Positions 40,123-54,532 of a DNA stretch of 64,000 bases are shown here, piece by piece. Source of the DNA: Octopus sinensis (lineage: Eukaryota); contig NC_042998.1 in the NCBI RefSeq assembly GCF_006345805.1, positions 124,496,001-124,560,000 on the forward strand, written 5' to 3'. A model generated the notes under the pieces. The model saw only the letters and a list, made by a program, of their open reading frames with translations, searched no databases and was not told where the DNA came from. Positions within the stretch are counted from its first letter, which is position 1, and each line of letters opens with the position of its first letter. A program made the position numbers and the translations under genes.

Positions 40123-41856
40123 TTAGAAGTATAAATCGCAGATGCTTATTCTTGCTTTGTCGTGTACTTGTTCTTGAGATAAAGTGGTGCTGTTGCTTTT
40201 GTTCTGAGCAAGTAAATGCCTCCCCAGCAATGCGCACTGGGGTAAAGCAATCCCAACCCAGCCACAACATGTCTTTTCCAAAGTTAACTCTGATTAAGTC
40301 GTCTCAAGAAAATATATTTTATAGGTGGTATAAGGACCAGTTTATCACGTACCGAGTTCTCATCATATGCTCTAAGAATTTTTCATAGATTTCGCAGCAT
40401 ATATTACATATATATATATATATGTTCATATACATATATTTGCATACAAATATACATACAAATATACATACAGCCAATATTTCTCACTGACTTCATATGT
40501 TTATCTGTACGTTGGTATGTAGCTTGGTAGTTAATGAGATAAATATATATTTATATAAACCTATACCTCTCCTACATATATGTGGTAAACTGTGTGAAAC
40601 ACTTAGTTATGGGTCCATGATTCTAGCTTCTACATGCAGCCATAAAGAAACACGCGTAGCAATTTATCTATGATGGCGCTAAAGTAATATAATGAATAGT
40701 TTTAGAATTGCTATTAGCCACGGTTGTTCGAGAAATACAGGAATTTTGTTTGCTGTCTTATCTTCAAATGAACTTTCCTCCTGTTTTTCTTTCTGGGCGC
40801 GGGGTGGGGGGCATCTGAGATTAGTCTTAAGCCTTTTAACATCTTCCAGTTATTTAGCCAAGCTATAGAGAAAAATATTCCTTGTGTATAACCGTTGGAT
40901 TGTCTCCAGTCATATAGCTGCTGGATTATTTCCTGTAATAATCATTTAAATTTATTTATTTGCATTCAATAATTCCGAGTTTTGCGCAGATTCTAAGTCA
41001 CGGATTACAATATTTCGTGATTTGTGCATCCAGGCTGAAATTTGTTAGAAAATTGATAGCGAGGTTCTTAAAACATCCAGGATTAATTTGCAAGAGTTGT
41101 TCTCAGTTTGCTTGCATCTGGCATTGAAGTACTTTCATATCGTAAGAACTCTTGATTGCTTTGAGATTTGGCTTTCATCAAAGTAACTGTGAGAGTGGCT
41201 TTTCTGTTATCTGAGGGTATATCAGAGATAGAGGTTTCAAACATTAATGGTACCCAAGACAGCTGGCTTTTAAACAGATCCCTCTGCTTGCACAAATTAA
41301 TTTCCGGGATCTAACCAGGGAATTTTAATGAGATCTTTTTGACCTCCAAATCACAGGTTGCCTTATTAACAAAAGAAACGCAACTCAACCATGTCTGACA
41401 TGGAGCTAAATAACGTCACTTTATTTGCTTAACATGTACACACAACCAAGCTCTATATAAGCTAAACAAGTGTTTGTATGGTAGAAGAATGGCGTATGAA
41501 ACACGTAACTGATGGAGTATAGATTGTAATGCTGAAAACAAAATCATTTATGTTTTTGCATAGCGGAAATTTGGGAAGAGCTGAATTTTCATATTATTTA
41601 AACATTTCGATATCAATGGGAGCTTGAAGCAGCCGTTTTTGCACGTACCGTTCACAAAAGTTTCTTATACAAAAGAACATAAGGATAAGCATTTTCTTTA
41701 AACTTTCATTTCATCTTTGAAAAGATATTCAGACAGTATTTAAAAAGAAAACAAGCCTCGGTTTACCAGATGATCGGAAACAAGTAATTCTGATTAGTGG
41801 AAATTGAAGCCTTTCAGTTACAATGTGTATGTATGTATGTCTGTATGTACATATGT

Positions 41857-41935
<79 letters not shown>

Positions 41936-42168
41936 AAATAGAAAGATGAATAATCTTGTAGCAGATTAATCAAAAGTTTAACCGATACCTTGGTAGCAAA
42001 AATCACAGCAGAAAACAGCACGGTTGGAGGTACAACCATATGGTGTTGCAACCGTGCGTTGGTGCGGATAATTGAAAATTCACCAATAATATATATATAT
42101 ATATATATAATATATATATATATATGTATGTATGTATATATGTATGTATGCATATGTATATGTATCTG

Positions 42169-42238
<70 letters not shown>

Positions 42239-44313
42239 ATTGGCAATAGCTAACGACCGTACAGTGAGATCAAAATGGAAGCCAGTTAGTTTAAATCCCA
42301 TGATATGCGATTTGTTGTGAAGAAAATATGTATACTATCGTTTATTTAACCTGATATATTTTTCGTTAATGTACCAAATGTGTAGGAACATTGAATGAAC
42401 TTTTCCCGAAAATAAATTACGACAGCAGTCTTTGATTTGCGGGGTGGAGGGGTTAACGTTTTCTCTGCAATTATATCAGCCATATGGTATAAATAACTCC
42501 CATATATAAATAATTGTACTTTACGTGATGGAGGAAGTGAGATTTTAACAATAGTTATCCATTTCTAAATTATATTATTAGTGTAATTCAAAGGACTATT
42601 GCAACAAAGAATGTAGACTTTTATGGATACTGCACGCCGTTGTATTACTTTCACTCTAATTTCCTCACTATAATATTACAGGGCTTTACATGCTTAAGAA
42701 CAAATAGTATTGTGAAGTTTAAAGCAACGTGGTTAGATTCCACACGGCACTTGATATCACCCTACATATCAGAGTGAACAGTGAAGTCCAACTGAGCAAA
42801 ACGCAATTTTAAATTTGTTCATTTGACTGCTATCAGCGTGTCTTAGTTCTGCCTGATCAGAGTTAGCATAAGCTGCACAACAACATCAACAACAAACAGT
42901 ATTACATTTCAATCGTCTTTTTACAAGTCAAAGATATGATGTATCAAATCTTAGTATAAAACCGATGCATCACAAATTTGATGGTTCATAAAATAAAATT
43001 AATCAATTATTCCACTCAATGCAGGTTACCATAATGGATATAACTGTCATGATATTGAATTATAACACAAATTGAAATAGTTTCATCCAACCTTACATCT
43101 TCAATTGTCGCATTACTAATTTGACGATTATCTCTATCGAGATACAGAATATTTATCGCTAATCATAAATATATAATATATCATACAAAATTATTTTTGA
43201 AAATTCTTTTTGTGTCTTTTTACAGATTTTACAATAATAAAAATGAACTGACAATAAAATAATTATTTTAACAGGTTTTTCTACTTGGAGTACCTATTTA
43301 TAATGCATAAATTAATAAAGAAGAGGACAGTAAATTGATGATGTTTCTGTTACTGATCAGAGTTTTCAATGTGAATGAAGCAGATTTGATCTTATTCGGC
43401 ATTCATTTTCCCCATCGAGAAGATATGAAAATTATTTCAGATCGAGAAATATCTACAGAATATCAGATGAACGCATCAATGAATAAATAATTCTTTACAC
43501 TGCAAGTATTACATTATATTCATACTGCCATGCTTTGATGCTGGATTTTATTAAGAAGACTAAAACTAAAAATAAAAACAGAAAGAATATAAACGTACAT
43601 GAGGAAATATTGATACAAAATTAAAAATTTAAAGCGACCGATAATAAAATAAACAGTTGAAATTAGACCTTACAGCTCTGGGGAATCTCGAAAAATGTTT
43701 GAATTAATGCAAACAGCATTCAACACAAAATATCGTACGAAGGTTATAAAACCAATAACAGATTTTATTTGAAGTCCAAAAATTTCTTTTATAAAGACCA
43801 TTATGTTATATGTCCCCACCACATCCCTCAAAAAATCCTGTCAATATATTGCGGCATCAAGTGGCAGAATCATTGTTAGAGAAACGACAAAAGAAAATAG
43901 AACAAAAACAGCGAGGAATAAGCTAATTATATTTCAATGATAGCAAGAAACACTCGGGAATATACTGAATATATCTATGTTTTCTCTCTCTCTTTTCCTT
44001 GCTTTTCTCTCTCTCTCTCTCTCTTCCCCTCTTTCTTACTCCTACTCTCTCTACGTGAAAGCCTCGTTGATTTGAAGTTATGAAAATTAATTCTATAAAA
44101 CGACATCTAACGTCGATAAATACCACCATCTATGTTTAATGGATTTTGTTATAAAACAGACCAAAGTTAATCATATAAACAGACCAAAATATCTCGATTG
44201 AAATTTTACGATATAGTGCAATATTATATTTATATATAGCTATAAATTTGATTATATCAGCTGGATGTGCTATCGAATGTATATGTGTGCGTGTTTGTAT
44301 GTATGTGTAAGTG

Positions 44314-44372
<59 letters not shown>

Positions 44373-45046
44373 ATTATGCGCGTACTTGCAATTATGTATG
44401 TATATATATGTGTGTGTGTTGTATGTATATATGTGAATATTTTCTTATGACATACATCTATTTTCTATAAATTTATCAACACTTTTATCTGTACCCTTAT
44501 GTTTCGAAATATATTCGCAGATATTATGATATGAGCAAATATGTGTTTATTTATGTCTGGTAAGGTATATAAAATCTATATATGTTTGTATGTGTGTGTA
44601 CATATGTGCATATGGATGTATGATATATATATATGCGTGTGCTTCTTTTTCTGTATGTTTGTGTGTGTGTATGCGTGTGCATATGTGTGTGTTTATGTGT
44701 GTACATATATATGCATACAAATATACTTACATGACATACGTAGCTGTATATATTATATTTAATTTTTATATATGCACTCATAGCTATGACAATTGGTCCT
44801 CTTTCTTTCCATGATATTTACATTTCTATAACAACCCGTCTACATATTCGTTTTCTCTTCCTCTCATCTCCTCATTCGCTCTTTGTTTATTTCCTTGTGT
44901 CTATGTTATATATGTATATAGCATAAATATGCGCGTGTGTATGTGAGTGTGCAGGGCTGTGAATATATATATCTTGGTCTCTTTCCCTCTCTGCGTACAC
45001 TTACGCACATACATATTTACAGTTATGTGTTGACATATATGTATAT

Positions 45047-45098
<52 letters not shown>

Positions 45099-45939
45099 AT
45101 ATATGCATACACACACACACATATATATATATACATACATATGCATATACATTTTTCTAAAGATCTGTCTATATATAGGATTGTTGAATAAGAAAAACAC
45201 ATACGTATAATGTAGTTTGTCGCACACATACATATGTGTGAGTGCACGTGTTTGTCAATGTGTGGGGAGACTAATAGATTGGATAAACAGTACATTTCTG
45301 TTATAAATATGCTATTAGTTCTATACAAGCAACTTTACAAAACATACCCACATCAACAAAGTGAATGTGTGACTTACCACACAATTCCTCGAAATGTATG
45401 TTGCTTTCGCCAACAAGAATATCAGGAAATTCAGTTAAGTTTCAGCTTGACATCACTTAGTATTACATCCGATGCCTAATGCACCAACGCAGCTCTCTTT
45501 AGCTTGCTTAGTCTCTGCTTCATTGACTCCATTGCTGATCGCAGACAAATTCCCGGATCAATTGCCGAATTTCAAACAGAAATTTTTGGTCTAATTATTT
45601 TTGACAATCGATAAGCTCTAAGATTATATTTGATTACATCAGAACTTTAAGTATTTCTGGCACATTTCCTTTAAAATTTTAGTTGTTTATTCAAACGGCG
45701 TATATATTTGACCCAAAGTGGGAAATAATCGGAATTAAATGAAATAGAATTGTGTATGGTTGTAATTTTGTCTCTGTGAAGACTAATTAGTAGAACGAAA
45801 TAGAAAAGAATTGCTCTTTAAATAAGCATCCACCTGAAGTATATCTTAGTAAAATTTAGTAGAATTACAATTCAGCTAAGAGACATAATCAGTGGAATAT
45901 TTGTATTTGAAAACTGTTCATAATTAAATATGCGCCACT

Positions 45940-46330
45940 GAGAAAGTTTGTTCGTGGTCGCACGCTTTGCTAGAATTAGCAACCATATCTCTCTCAAATC
46001 ACCTCCTATCATCTGAAAAACGGATAAGACTCTTCATTGTATAAGTATATCGACCAGACTATCGGATGTTGTTACACACAGCTGGTCACAGTATACCTCT
46101 TCGCGTTGTTGCAGCTTTTGAATGATGTCACACCGCTGGCAAGGTGGGCAAGCCAACATTTCCTCTTAACGGAACACCAGTCCGTCAAAATGTCACCCGT
46201 TTACAGCTTAGTGGACAGAAGCAACACGAAATGACTTGTTTTGCACCAGAACAGAAACAACCACCGGTATGGGAATCAAAACAACGCTCTTACGATCGTA
46301 CGAGCAACACTCTATCCATTAGACACTTCA
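45940..46330 (-). mobile_element. tRNA-derived SINE of a further family
   Basis: Reverse strand gives GTGTCTAATGGATAGAGTG (A-box-like) and TTTGATTCCC (B-box-like). The tail resembles the fragment at ~28740-28800. Confidence 0.6.
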
Positions 46331-46595
46331 TAATGTATGCATTGAAAAACTAAACAGATGGGCTAGTCAAGTAGGAATTCTTTGATCATAGTTCATCTCG
46401 ATTTCACCTGGGGCAGTCGCTATTTGTCTAAGATGTATATGTGCATTTATTAGACTAAACATATACAACATCCTTTGTTCGGTGTACACAAGTGTTGGTT
46501 CACTTATTGAAACATACATATTACGTTAATGTTTATTTGATATAGTCTTAAATAGACTGACTTAACTCCTGTCGACTGCATTTAATATTAGCATG

Positions 46596-46690
<95 letters not shown>

Positions 46691-46695
46691 TATAC

Positions 46696-46801
<106 letters not shown>

Positions 46802-47252
46802 CATATTTAATATTCCTGTTTTACATTCTACATTGCGTAGGAGTATTACTATAATTCTTGCATATATTAAAAGAAAGATACACTGAAATATTCCATTTCC
46901 ACTTATTGTTATTTTGTAATAATATAATATATTATTAAGTATTATAGTCTTTCAATGTCTGGTCATTGATACAGTTCTACATTCTATCTCTATGATATTA
47001 ATACAATATTGTTGTTACTGTTGTTGTAGTTGCTGGTAGTTGGAGGGTTAAGAAGATTAATCTCAATGTCTTTCCATCTTTTGAGAAATAATGCTGCTAA
47101 ATTCATTCAATGGAAAACAGATTGCAGTCTCCAAATGTTATGGTATAGAATTTACGTTTTTCGAAAGAGAATTAAGCAGTTGCATAATGTACATACTAAT
47201 AATAAATGATACAAATATTCTAATATCTGTCCTCTCAAACTTTATATACATG

Positions 47253-47310
<58 letters not shown>

Positions 47311-48526
47311 TGTATCTGTATAGGTATGTATCTATGTGTGTATCTGTGTGTGTGTGTGTTTGTTTGTGTGTGTGTGTACACATACAGGTTTTGCTGCCCG
47401 GAACTTCGAATTCACAGTCAATATCATTCTGCTCAAAGAATAATAAATGTGTAATCCACAAAAGTACGGAATAACCTTTCAGATTCATTTAAAAATTGCT
47501 TTTCTTTTTATTATAGCTAAGCTTAAAAATATCAATCTACATATACATATATATACACATGTATATTATATATATACATGATCACGAAACATATGTCTGC
47601 GTATGTGCGAGCAGGAGACAGACAATGAGTGAAGGTCTGTGTACATGTTCGTGTGTGTCTGCCTGTATTTGAGTGATGTATCTTTTGGCGGAGGGATTAT
47701 TCTATTTGCATCCTTTTCCCATACCGCAGAGTTGGGCGAATTAAAAACGGATTGATGTATGCCAAGATTTTAACATATGCAAACTTTCATTATACAGGTA
47801 GCTGGGCTCATTATTATACAGCAATACCAATCTATATTCAATGTTGTCATTGATTTTATCCTTCATACCTTAGTTAAGGCGGTTAGCAGCCGGGCAAAAT
47901 GCCTACTGTCATTTCGTCTGTTTTGATGTTTTGAGTACAGATTCCGCAGAAGTCGACTTTGCATTTCGTCCTTGGAGGCGATGTAATCGATTAGCCCTCC
48001 ACCGAACTTTCAGGCTTTGTGCCTGAAATGGAAAGGAGGATTCATCTCCAAGTCAACACTTAACGGACAGAATCTTGTCCAAAGGCATTACATCTACAAC
48101 ATCTCATCTTGAAGAAAATTAGTCTACAAGTTGGCTGTGCATATGAATTTGGATACGATTTGGATGAAAGAGCGACCTAATAAAGTTAGCATTCTTGGCG
48201 TTCTGTGACCTGAGATTAGCGTTTCCTTTCTTTAATACGCTTCTCTTCTATTTCGTATATCGCACTTATAAACAGACTAAAATGATATACAATTGTTTGT
48301 AGGAACCATAGAGAAACGGTTGACAATGAAATAAGTTTATACAGAAACACACACATACACGTGTGTTTGTGTGCTTGTGTGCCTGTGTGTCTATGTCCGT
48401 ATGTCTGTGCGTGTGTGTATATACAAGAACAGAAAGATAAGGCAGAGACATGGCTACTTATACATATGTGTATGTACATATTTAAAATATTTATTCGTTA
48501 ACGATCATTATTATTAATATTATTAC

Positions 48527-48740
48527 GCGGCACTCTGACAGAATCGTTACCACCCCGGACGAAATACTCAGCGGTATTTTGTCAGATACTACGTTCTGAG
48601 ATCAAATTCCGCCGAGGTTGACTTTGCCTCTAATCCTTCCGGGTCTATTAAATAAGTAACAGTTATGCACTGGTGTTGATGTAATCAACATAACTTACCC
48701 CAAAACTTCTAACCTTATGTCTACAGTAGAAAGGATTATT
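48527..48740 (+). mobile_element. SINE family 1 ending in (ATT)n; another diverged copy at ~47875-48030
   Basis: CAGAATCGTTACCACCCCGGACGAAATAC...CCGCCGAGGTTGACTTTGCC. Confidence 0.8.
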
Positions 48741-48790
48741 ATTATTATTATTATATTATTATTATTATCATCATCATCATCATCATCACC

Positions 48791-48830
<40 letters not shown>

Positions 48831-48844
48831 ATAGTGCATTTGTA

Positions 48845-49135
48845 CAGCTTCTAATACTACGGTGTCAGCTGTTCACTACCAATACTTCTCGAGATTTTTA
48901 CTCATTGTTCCCATGGCTCCAACAATTATTGGTACAACTACCACCTTTTTCATCCACTGCAACTGCTTAACTTCCCAAGCTAACTTGTCATATATATCGA
49001 CTTTTCCTTCTATCTTATCGCATACTTTGATGTCAGCTAGGTATTCTATATCAGCTAGGTACTCTATATCTATGATCCAGCATAGTTTGCTTTCTTTCTC
49101 AATTACCATTGAAGACAATCTATTGCATTTCCTAC
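48845..49135 (-). mobile_element. R4/Dong-like LINE, RLE endonuclease C-terminal fragment A
   Basis: KLCWIIDI...YDKLAWEVKQLQWMKKVVVVPIIVGAMGTMSKNLEKYW. Confidence 0.85.
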
Positions 49136-49139
49136 ATGG

Positions 49140-49563
49140 ATAGTAAGCCAAGGATCATCCTCAAATAATTTTCAGTCCCTTTTTTTAATCATTCCAAGTG
49201 CGCCTACAATCTATGGTATTGTAACCATCTAGAGAAGCCATATTTTTTTTGATTTCAATCAGTAATATTTTCTCAGCTTATCAAATATTTTTGCCGAGAT
49301 CACAAAGTACGCTCATGTCAATCTATAAACACACTTTATTGTATTGGTCTTTCACTAAAATATCTGGTTTATTAGCTTTGATGGTTCAGTCCGTATGTTC
49401 TGGAGAGTCCCAAAGAATGGATACATTTTCTCCCTCAGTCTCAGGGTGGCGCTTATACAATTTGTCAGCAGTTTTGATTTTATGATGCTGACATATCTAG
49501 TATAGATATTGCCGAATTCTGTCATGTCTTGATTTATACTCTACATGTGCTAAAACCTTACAC
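49140..49563 (-). mobile_element. R4/Dong-like LINE, CCHC/RLE fragment C
   Basis: CKVLAHVEYKSRHDRI, ENVSILWDS, TIKANKPDILVKD and IDMSV (RHD and PD motifs). Confidence 0.85.
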
Positions 49564-49569
49564 CTGGTG

Positions 49570-49573
49570 TATA

Positions 49574-49645
<72 letters not shown>

Positions 49646-50165
49646 TTATTATTATTATTATTTTATGTTTGACTTTTGCTTTACATTTGTACAAGTTGGC
49701 TCCAAGTCTCACCCAGAGACCTCATGAGACAACAAGTTGGAAGTTCATGTTGGTGTTATGCTTAGGGTGCCATATATTTGGTTTTGTACATAGTGTTGTT
49801 CTAGAGAATGTTTAAGAAGCCACAAGAAAATTATGTTTGTTTTAAAACTTGAGATTACATAGAAAGTATTTTGCTTAGGATATGAGCAGTTCCCATGAGC
49901 ACTATCTTTTGAATTTCTGCTATTTTGGGGTTTCCTGGCATCTGAGCTAGGTAGCAATCAGCCCCTTTTGCTATCATTCCCAGGGCACCTATGACAACAG
50001 GTATTGTTTTAGTCTTCAGGTTCCACATTTTGCTCATTTCTATTTCAAGATCTTTATATTTGCTCAGTTTTTGGTAGGTCGTGACAAATACGTTTATATC
50101 GATTGAGACAGTCATATCAATGAGGAGGCATGATTTTTTGAGGAGGCATGATATTTGTCTGAAGT
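49570..50165 (-). mobile_element. R4/Dong-like LINE, 5'-truncated 3' end B with 3' UTR and (TAA)n tail
   Basis: CLLIDMTVS..KLSKYKDLEIEMSKMWNLKTKTIPVVIGALG...LMGTAHILSKILSM*. Tail at 49570-49665; trinucleotide array 50167-50345 upstream. Confidence 0.9.
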
Positions 50166-52670
50166 TTATTATTATTATCATCATTATCATCATCATCATT
50201 ATTATCATCATTATCATCATCATCATTATTATCATCATCATCATCATCATCATCATCATTATTATTATTATTATCATTACTACTACTACTACTACTACTA
50301 CTACCACTACTACTACTACTTGTAGTATTATTATTATTACTACTACTAATAGTAATAATTACAATAAAATAGTAACATTACTATTACTGCAACAACAGCA
50401 AAAGCAACAGAGTAGCTTTGGTTTGAATATCGATAAAGATACTGACAATCACTTCTATTGATGTTCATTATAATCTATGAAATAGTAAGGAGAAATAACG
50501 AAGGAAAGCTTGTGTTAACGGAGACTTACACATGTTAGTTACTAACATGTTAAAACTATATTGCTCTTTCACTTAGTACAAGATTTCTGTGACTAGTGTT
50601 AGCATTATTTACCGAATTGTACGCCGAAAAATCATTACAGTAACGAATCACAAGTAAAATTGATGTGATAAAATTAATTACCAGCTACGATTTTTAAGAA
50701 CCAATTTGGAAAAGAAAACATTACGACCAAGTGGACTCGAATAATTTATGGATTGTTTTTATGACGTTAAATTAGGTATTATAAAATATTTTTACTATTT
50801 AATTGTACAGTATTGTCTAAAATATAATTCGTTTGTCGCTAAGTACTAACAGGATAGGCTACCTTATGAATGTGCATCTGCGTGTGCCACTTTGATTTCA
50901 AGAAAAGTAACTTCATGAAAACAATTCATTTAACAGCTAAGAATTAAGTGTGATATGATATAGTACCACTAATTTGTTGCCAAAATTGGCAGAGCCGTCA
51001 GAATTCTTGTGGTAATTATTTTTGTCCGGCTGAGTTAAAATACTACCGAGATCAATATGGATTTCCATTCATTCTCGATACATAAGTAATGTACAATTCC
51101 TATAATGTAACGACTGTATCCTGTACTGAAGTGAGATAACGGTTAGGAATTTAACATAATATTATCGTAGAATCTATAAGCGGAAATTAGATTAAGAGAA
51201 ATCATGTGACTGGAGTCTCATGAAAGTTTCTGTTACTTAAACAATTGTTACTAAATTACAGAACATTCCATCGACATGAAAATTAAAAGCATTTCTTTGA
51301 ACAGAACAAATGGCAATTCTAAATGGAACTAGATAATAAAAGAAGAGAAAGCAGTGCCAACACCAAGCAATGTACAAAGTTTGTGGTGGAGGAGGATTGT
51401 GAAACGGTATAGGAAGGATCACATCATTTGAATAGACAATGGCAATCAGTAGTAAAAGTCCTAAAAGTATTCCAAGTATTACAGAACAATTTATTTAATT
51501 GGAAATCTAAAATACCAAAGTGCTAGCTATCTCAATAAAATATATTGCTGGTGCACGCTAAGATATTTACAAATAAAAGAGTCGTGCGAAACAGCTCACT
51601 TTCTCACAAAAGAAAAACAAAAATGTCTTGACTTCCAAAACTAAATTGACATAAAATTCTCTTAAACTTCAGGCCAATCCCAATATTTAAAATATACAAA
51701 GTAGTAATAATAATAATTTTACAGTAAAGGATAAATGTCTATTTTAGAAGGCATCAACAGTTGAAGGCTGGTATGAATGTAAGTAGAAGTTGTCGATTAC
51801 CAGAGCCCCGAAAACTATAACAGAAAAAGGAATCAGACCAATGTTAGGCTAGTGTATGACGCAAGAATTTCTTTTATTACAATTATTTTGGTAGCGATAT
51901 CGTACATGTCATAATAAATCGAAAATAGCCGTAACAATTAAGCAAAAAGAGTGGATTTTAAAAACGTTACGAATACCCGACTGAACATATTCACTCTTTC
52001 TGCCCTGCTGTCTGGTATTATTACATTTAATTAAATATCTATTTGGAGTTAATGCGGATGTCTGTCATATTCCATATAGAGTTCCGTGTAAGTATGGATA
52101 TTTGTATGAAATTCTATATGGAAAAGTATGCCACTGCAATGTTCAAATTCAAAGTTAACGAAAAGCACTAGTATCATTTTCGTCAAAGAAATAAACAGAT
52201 AAAGATAGGAGAATTTGGCGAGACTAAATTAAGATTTCAGATGCTTACTCTTGAATTAACTAAACAGAATACGGCATTCATAAATGCAAAATAATTTTAA
52301 AAGAGATATTATAAGCGTATTAGTGTAATACTGAAAACTTAGCTGAATCCCATCAAATTGATCCAATAACTATGTATATTAATATATGACAAGTCTGTTT
52401 CTTTTAAATTACATGTACATACCAATCGATGGGTCTATATACTGATTTTATCCAACCAACTTCATTTACAAGGTATGAGTCAATCATCTGCCCAAGATGC
52501 CAGGTAATAATGGCTAAACCATTAACTTAACAATTTATTCATTATGTATATATACATATGTATACATAATGCACACAAACTCACACACTCACGCACACAT
52601 ATATGTACACACGCGCACATGTGTATATATATATCTATATACACAGCACAATATCATTTTGTATATATTA

Positions 52671-53375
52671 CTTAACGTGGATATTGTGTAGAAAGCTACG
52701 AAGCTACAGCATTCGTATCCAGGAAGCATCCTGTAAAGATTTATTCTACTAAAAGCACTGAAAAATATCTGCAGGAGAAAACATTCGTCCAGTAGCAGCA
52801 TTGTAATTGTTAAATCCGGGTTTCTGCGTAAATGCGCGTCATAAGCAGCAAGCATCCTCTAACATCTACATGCTTGCAAAAGTTTAGTTTCTACTGATAT
52901 AGAGCAAAGGGTATTAACTATTTACTGTCGCAAATAACCAGCATCTTGAATAACATTTCGTGATTAGCGACATTATCAATTCAAAACTGCTTTCAGTATA
53001 TCTTAGCATGGATATAGAAAGCCTCATAGCTACGACATTTGTCATGAGGAAACATCATGTGTAGACGTATAGTGCTAAAAAGTATAGAAGAATATCCGTA
53101 TCAGATGAATCTTCCAGCAGCGACGGAGGAATACCTAAGTCTGTATGCTTACAACTAATGATGCGCAAATATGCAGGAATTGGATTTAACAATGACACGG
53201 CGGCTGCTGCACCATTTTTGCCTACTACTGATATTCTTCTGTTCTCTTTTAGCACAATCCGTCTATATGAGATGCTTTTTAAAGAAGAATACCTGGCCTT
53301 CTACAGTGTATCCATGTTAAGTATGATACACAGAATACTATTTAGAAATGATACTACTTCCGCCGCTAATAACGA
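52671..53375. repeat. Three diverged copies of an unclassified ~190-bp unit: A 52671-52860 (+), B 52956-53126 (+), C 53145-53375 (-)
   Basis: Shared CTTA(G/A)C(A/G)TGGATA..TAGAA(A/G)GC, TAGACG..T.GTGCTAAAA..GAAGAATATC and ATTGTTAAATCC. Confidence 0.75.
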
Positions 53376-53596
53376 ATATAAACATGAGATTTATCTTTTA
53401 ACCAGTTACCTCCCCTAAATTTGAAAGTGTTTACCCTTTTCGTTCACATTTTGAAAAGATTGGTGCTATGTTTTATTTTCCTTGTATATATGTATGATTC
53501 TATGGACTGATGGAAGAATAAATGGATGATGGTTGTGTGAATTTGTAAATACGTACCTATACTTACACACACGGGAACATACACAAGCACACACGC

Positions 53597-53646
<50 letters not shown>

Positions 53647-53784
53647 AATCTTTATTAAATATATTCAAGGATAATATTATATACTGAATTTATATTGAGT
53701 CCTCAATTGTATCAAATTATTAATACTATTAAATTATTTATATATTTAATACGAGCGATATATACATATATGTTTTTTTAAATA

Positions 53785-54230
53785 ATATTATTAATAATAT
53801 TACTAACATTAGGAAATCGATATCAAAATTCCTCAGAAAGATATACACATATGAAAAACAATTGTTGTATTAAAAATATATAAATGAATAAATATAAATA
53901 TGTATAAAAATATATGTAAGTATTATAAGTATAAATATATATTGTATATGACAGTTTAAAAGTTTTGAATTAATTATTTAAAGCATCTTACAATCGTTTC
54001 ACAGAAGAATTGTCCCTATAATGAAATCCTATATTGATAAGCATTTATAGACAACGCTTCTGCTCTTCAGAGATATAAAATTTGAATTCTGTATAACATG
54101 TCGAATGGTAGCTTTTTAAAAAAAATTGAAGTAAAACTATAAAATGGTTTGTTTGAAAGATAAATTAAAAATTTTTTAATTACTACTTTTGATGAAAATC
54201 TTTAAATCCATATATACTTCCTTGGTTATT
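53785..54230 (+). mobile_element. Decayed GIY-YIG unit with ~195-bp leader (inverted relative to 58596-59200)
   Basis: The leader matches the reverse complement of 59005-59200. It is followed by broken QKNCPYN..ILISIYR..LYNMSNGSFLKK (C-P-x-N-G / IY / YIG-like order). Confidence 0.55.
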
Positions 54231-54532
54231 CTTCTTCAATAATCCGTAATATTCATATGTAAAATCCGTTATATTATCTTGTATTCCAAATGTAGTTCAT
54301 ATAGTTACTTTAGAAATATGAAATTTGTATATACTTTAGTATGAGACTCTTAAAATTCGTATGTCTTCTTGGTAATTCCTCCGTAGCAACCCATAATAAT
54401 TTTGTCTTGGTAATTCCTCTATAGCAATCCATAATACTTTTGTATAAAATTCATTATATTATCCAGTAATCCAAATATAGTTCATAATACAAAATCAAAT
54501 TATATTTTAAATTATATGTGAGTTGTAAAATT

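Noticed and set aside
45330-45590. Minus segment ending in a strong GTAAGT donor with protein-like pieces (SAMESMKQRLSKLKRAAL, FPDILVGESNIHFEELC)
   Set aside because: A stop and two frameshifts are needed to join it, and no family was recognised.
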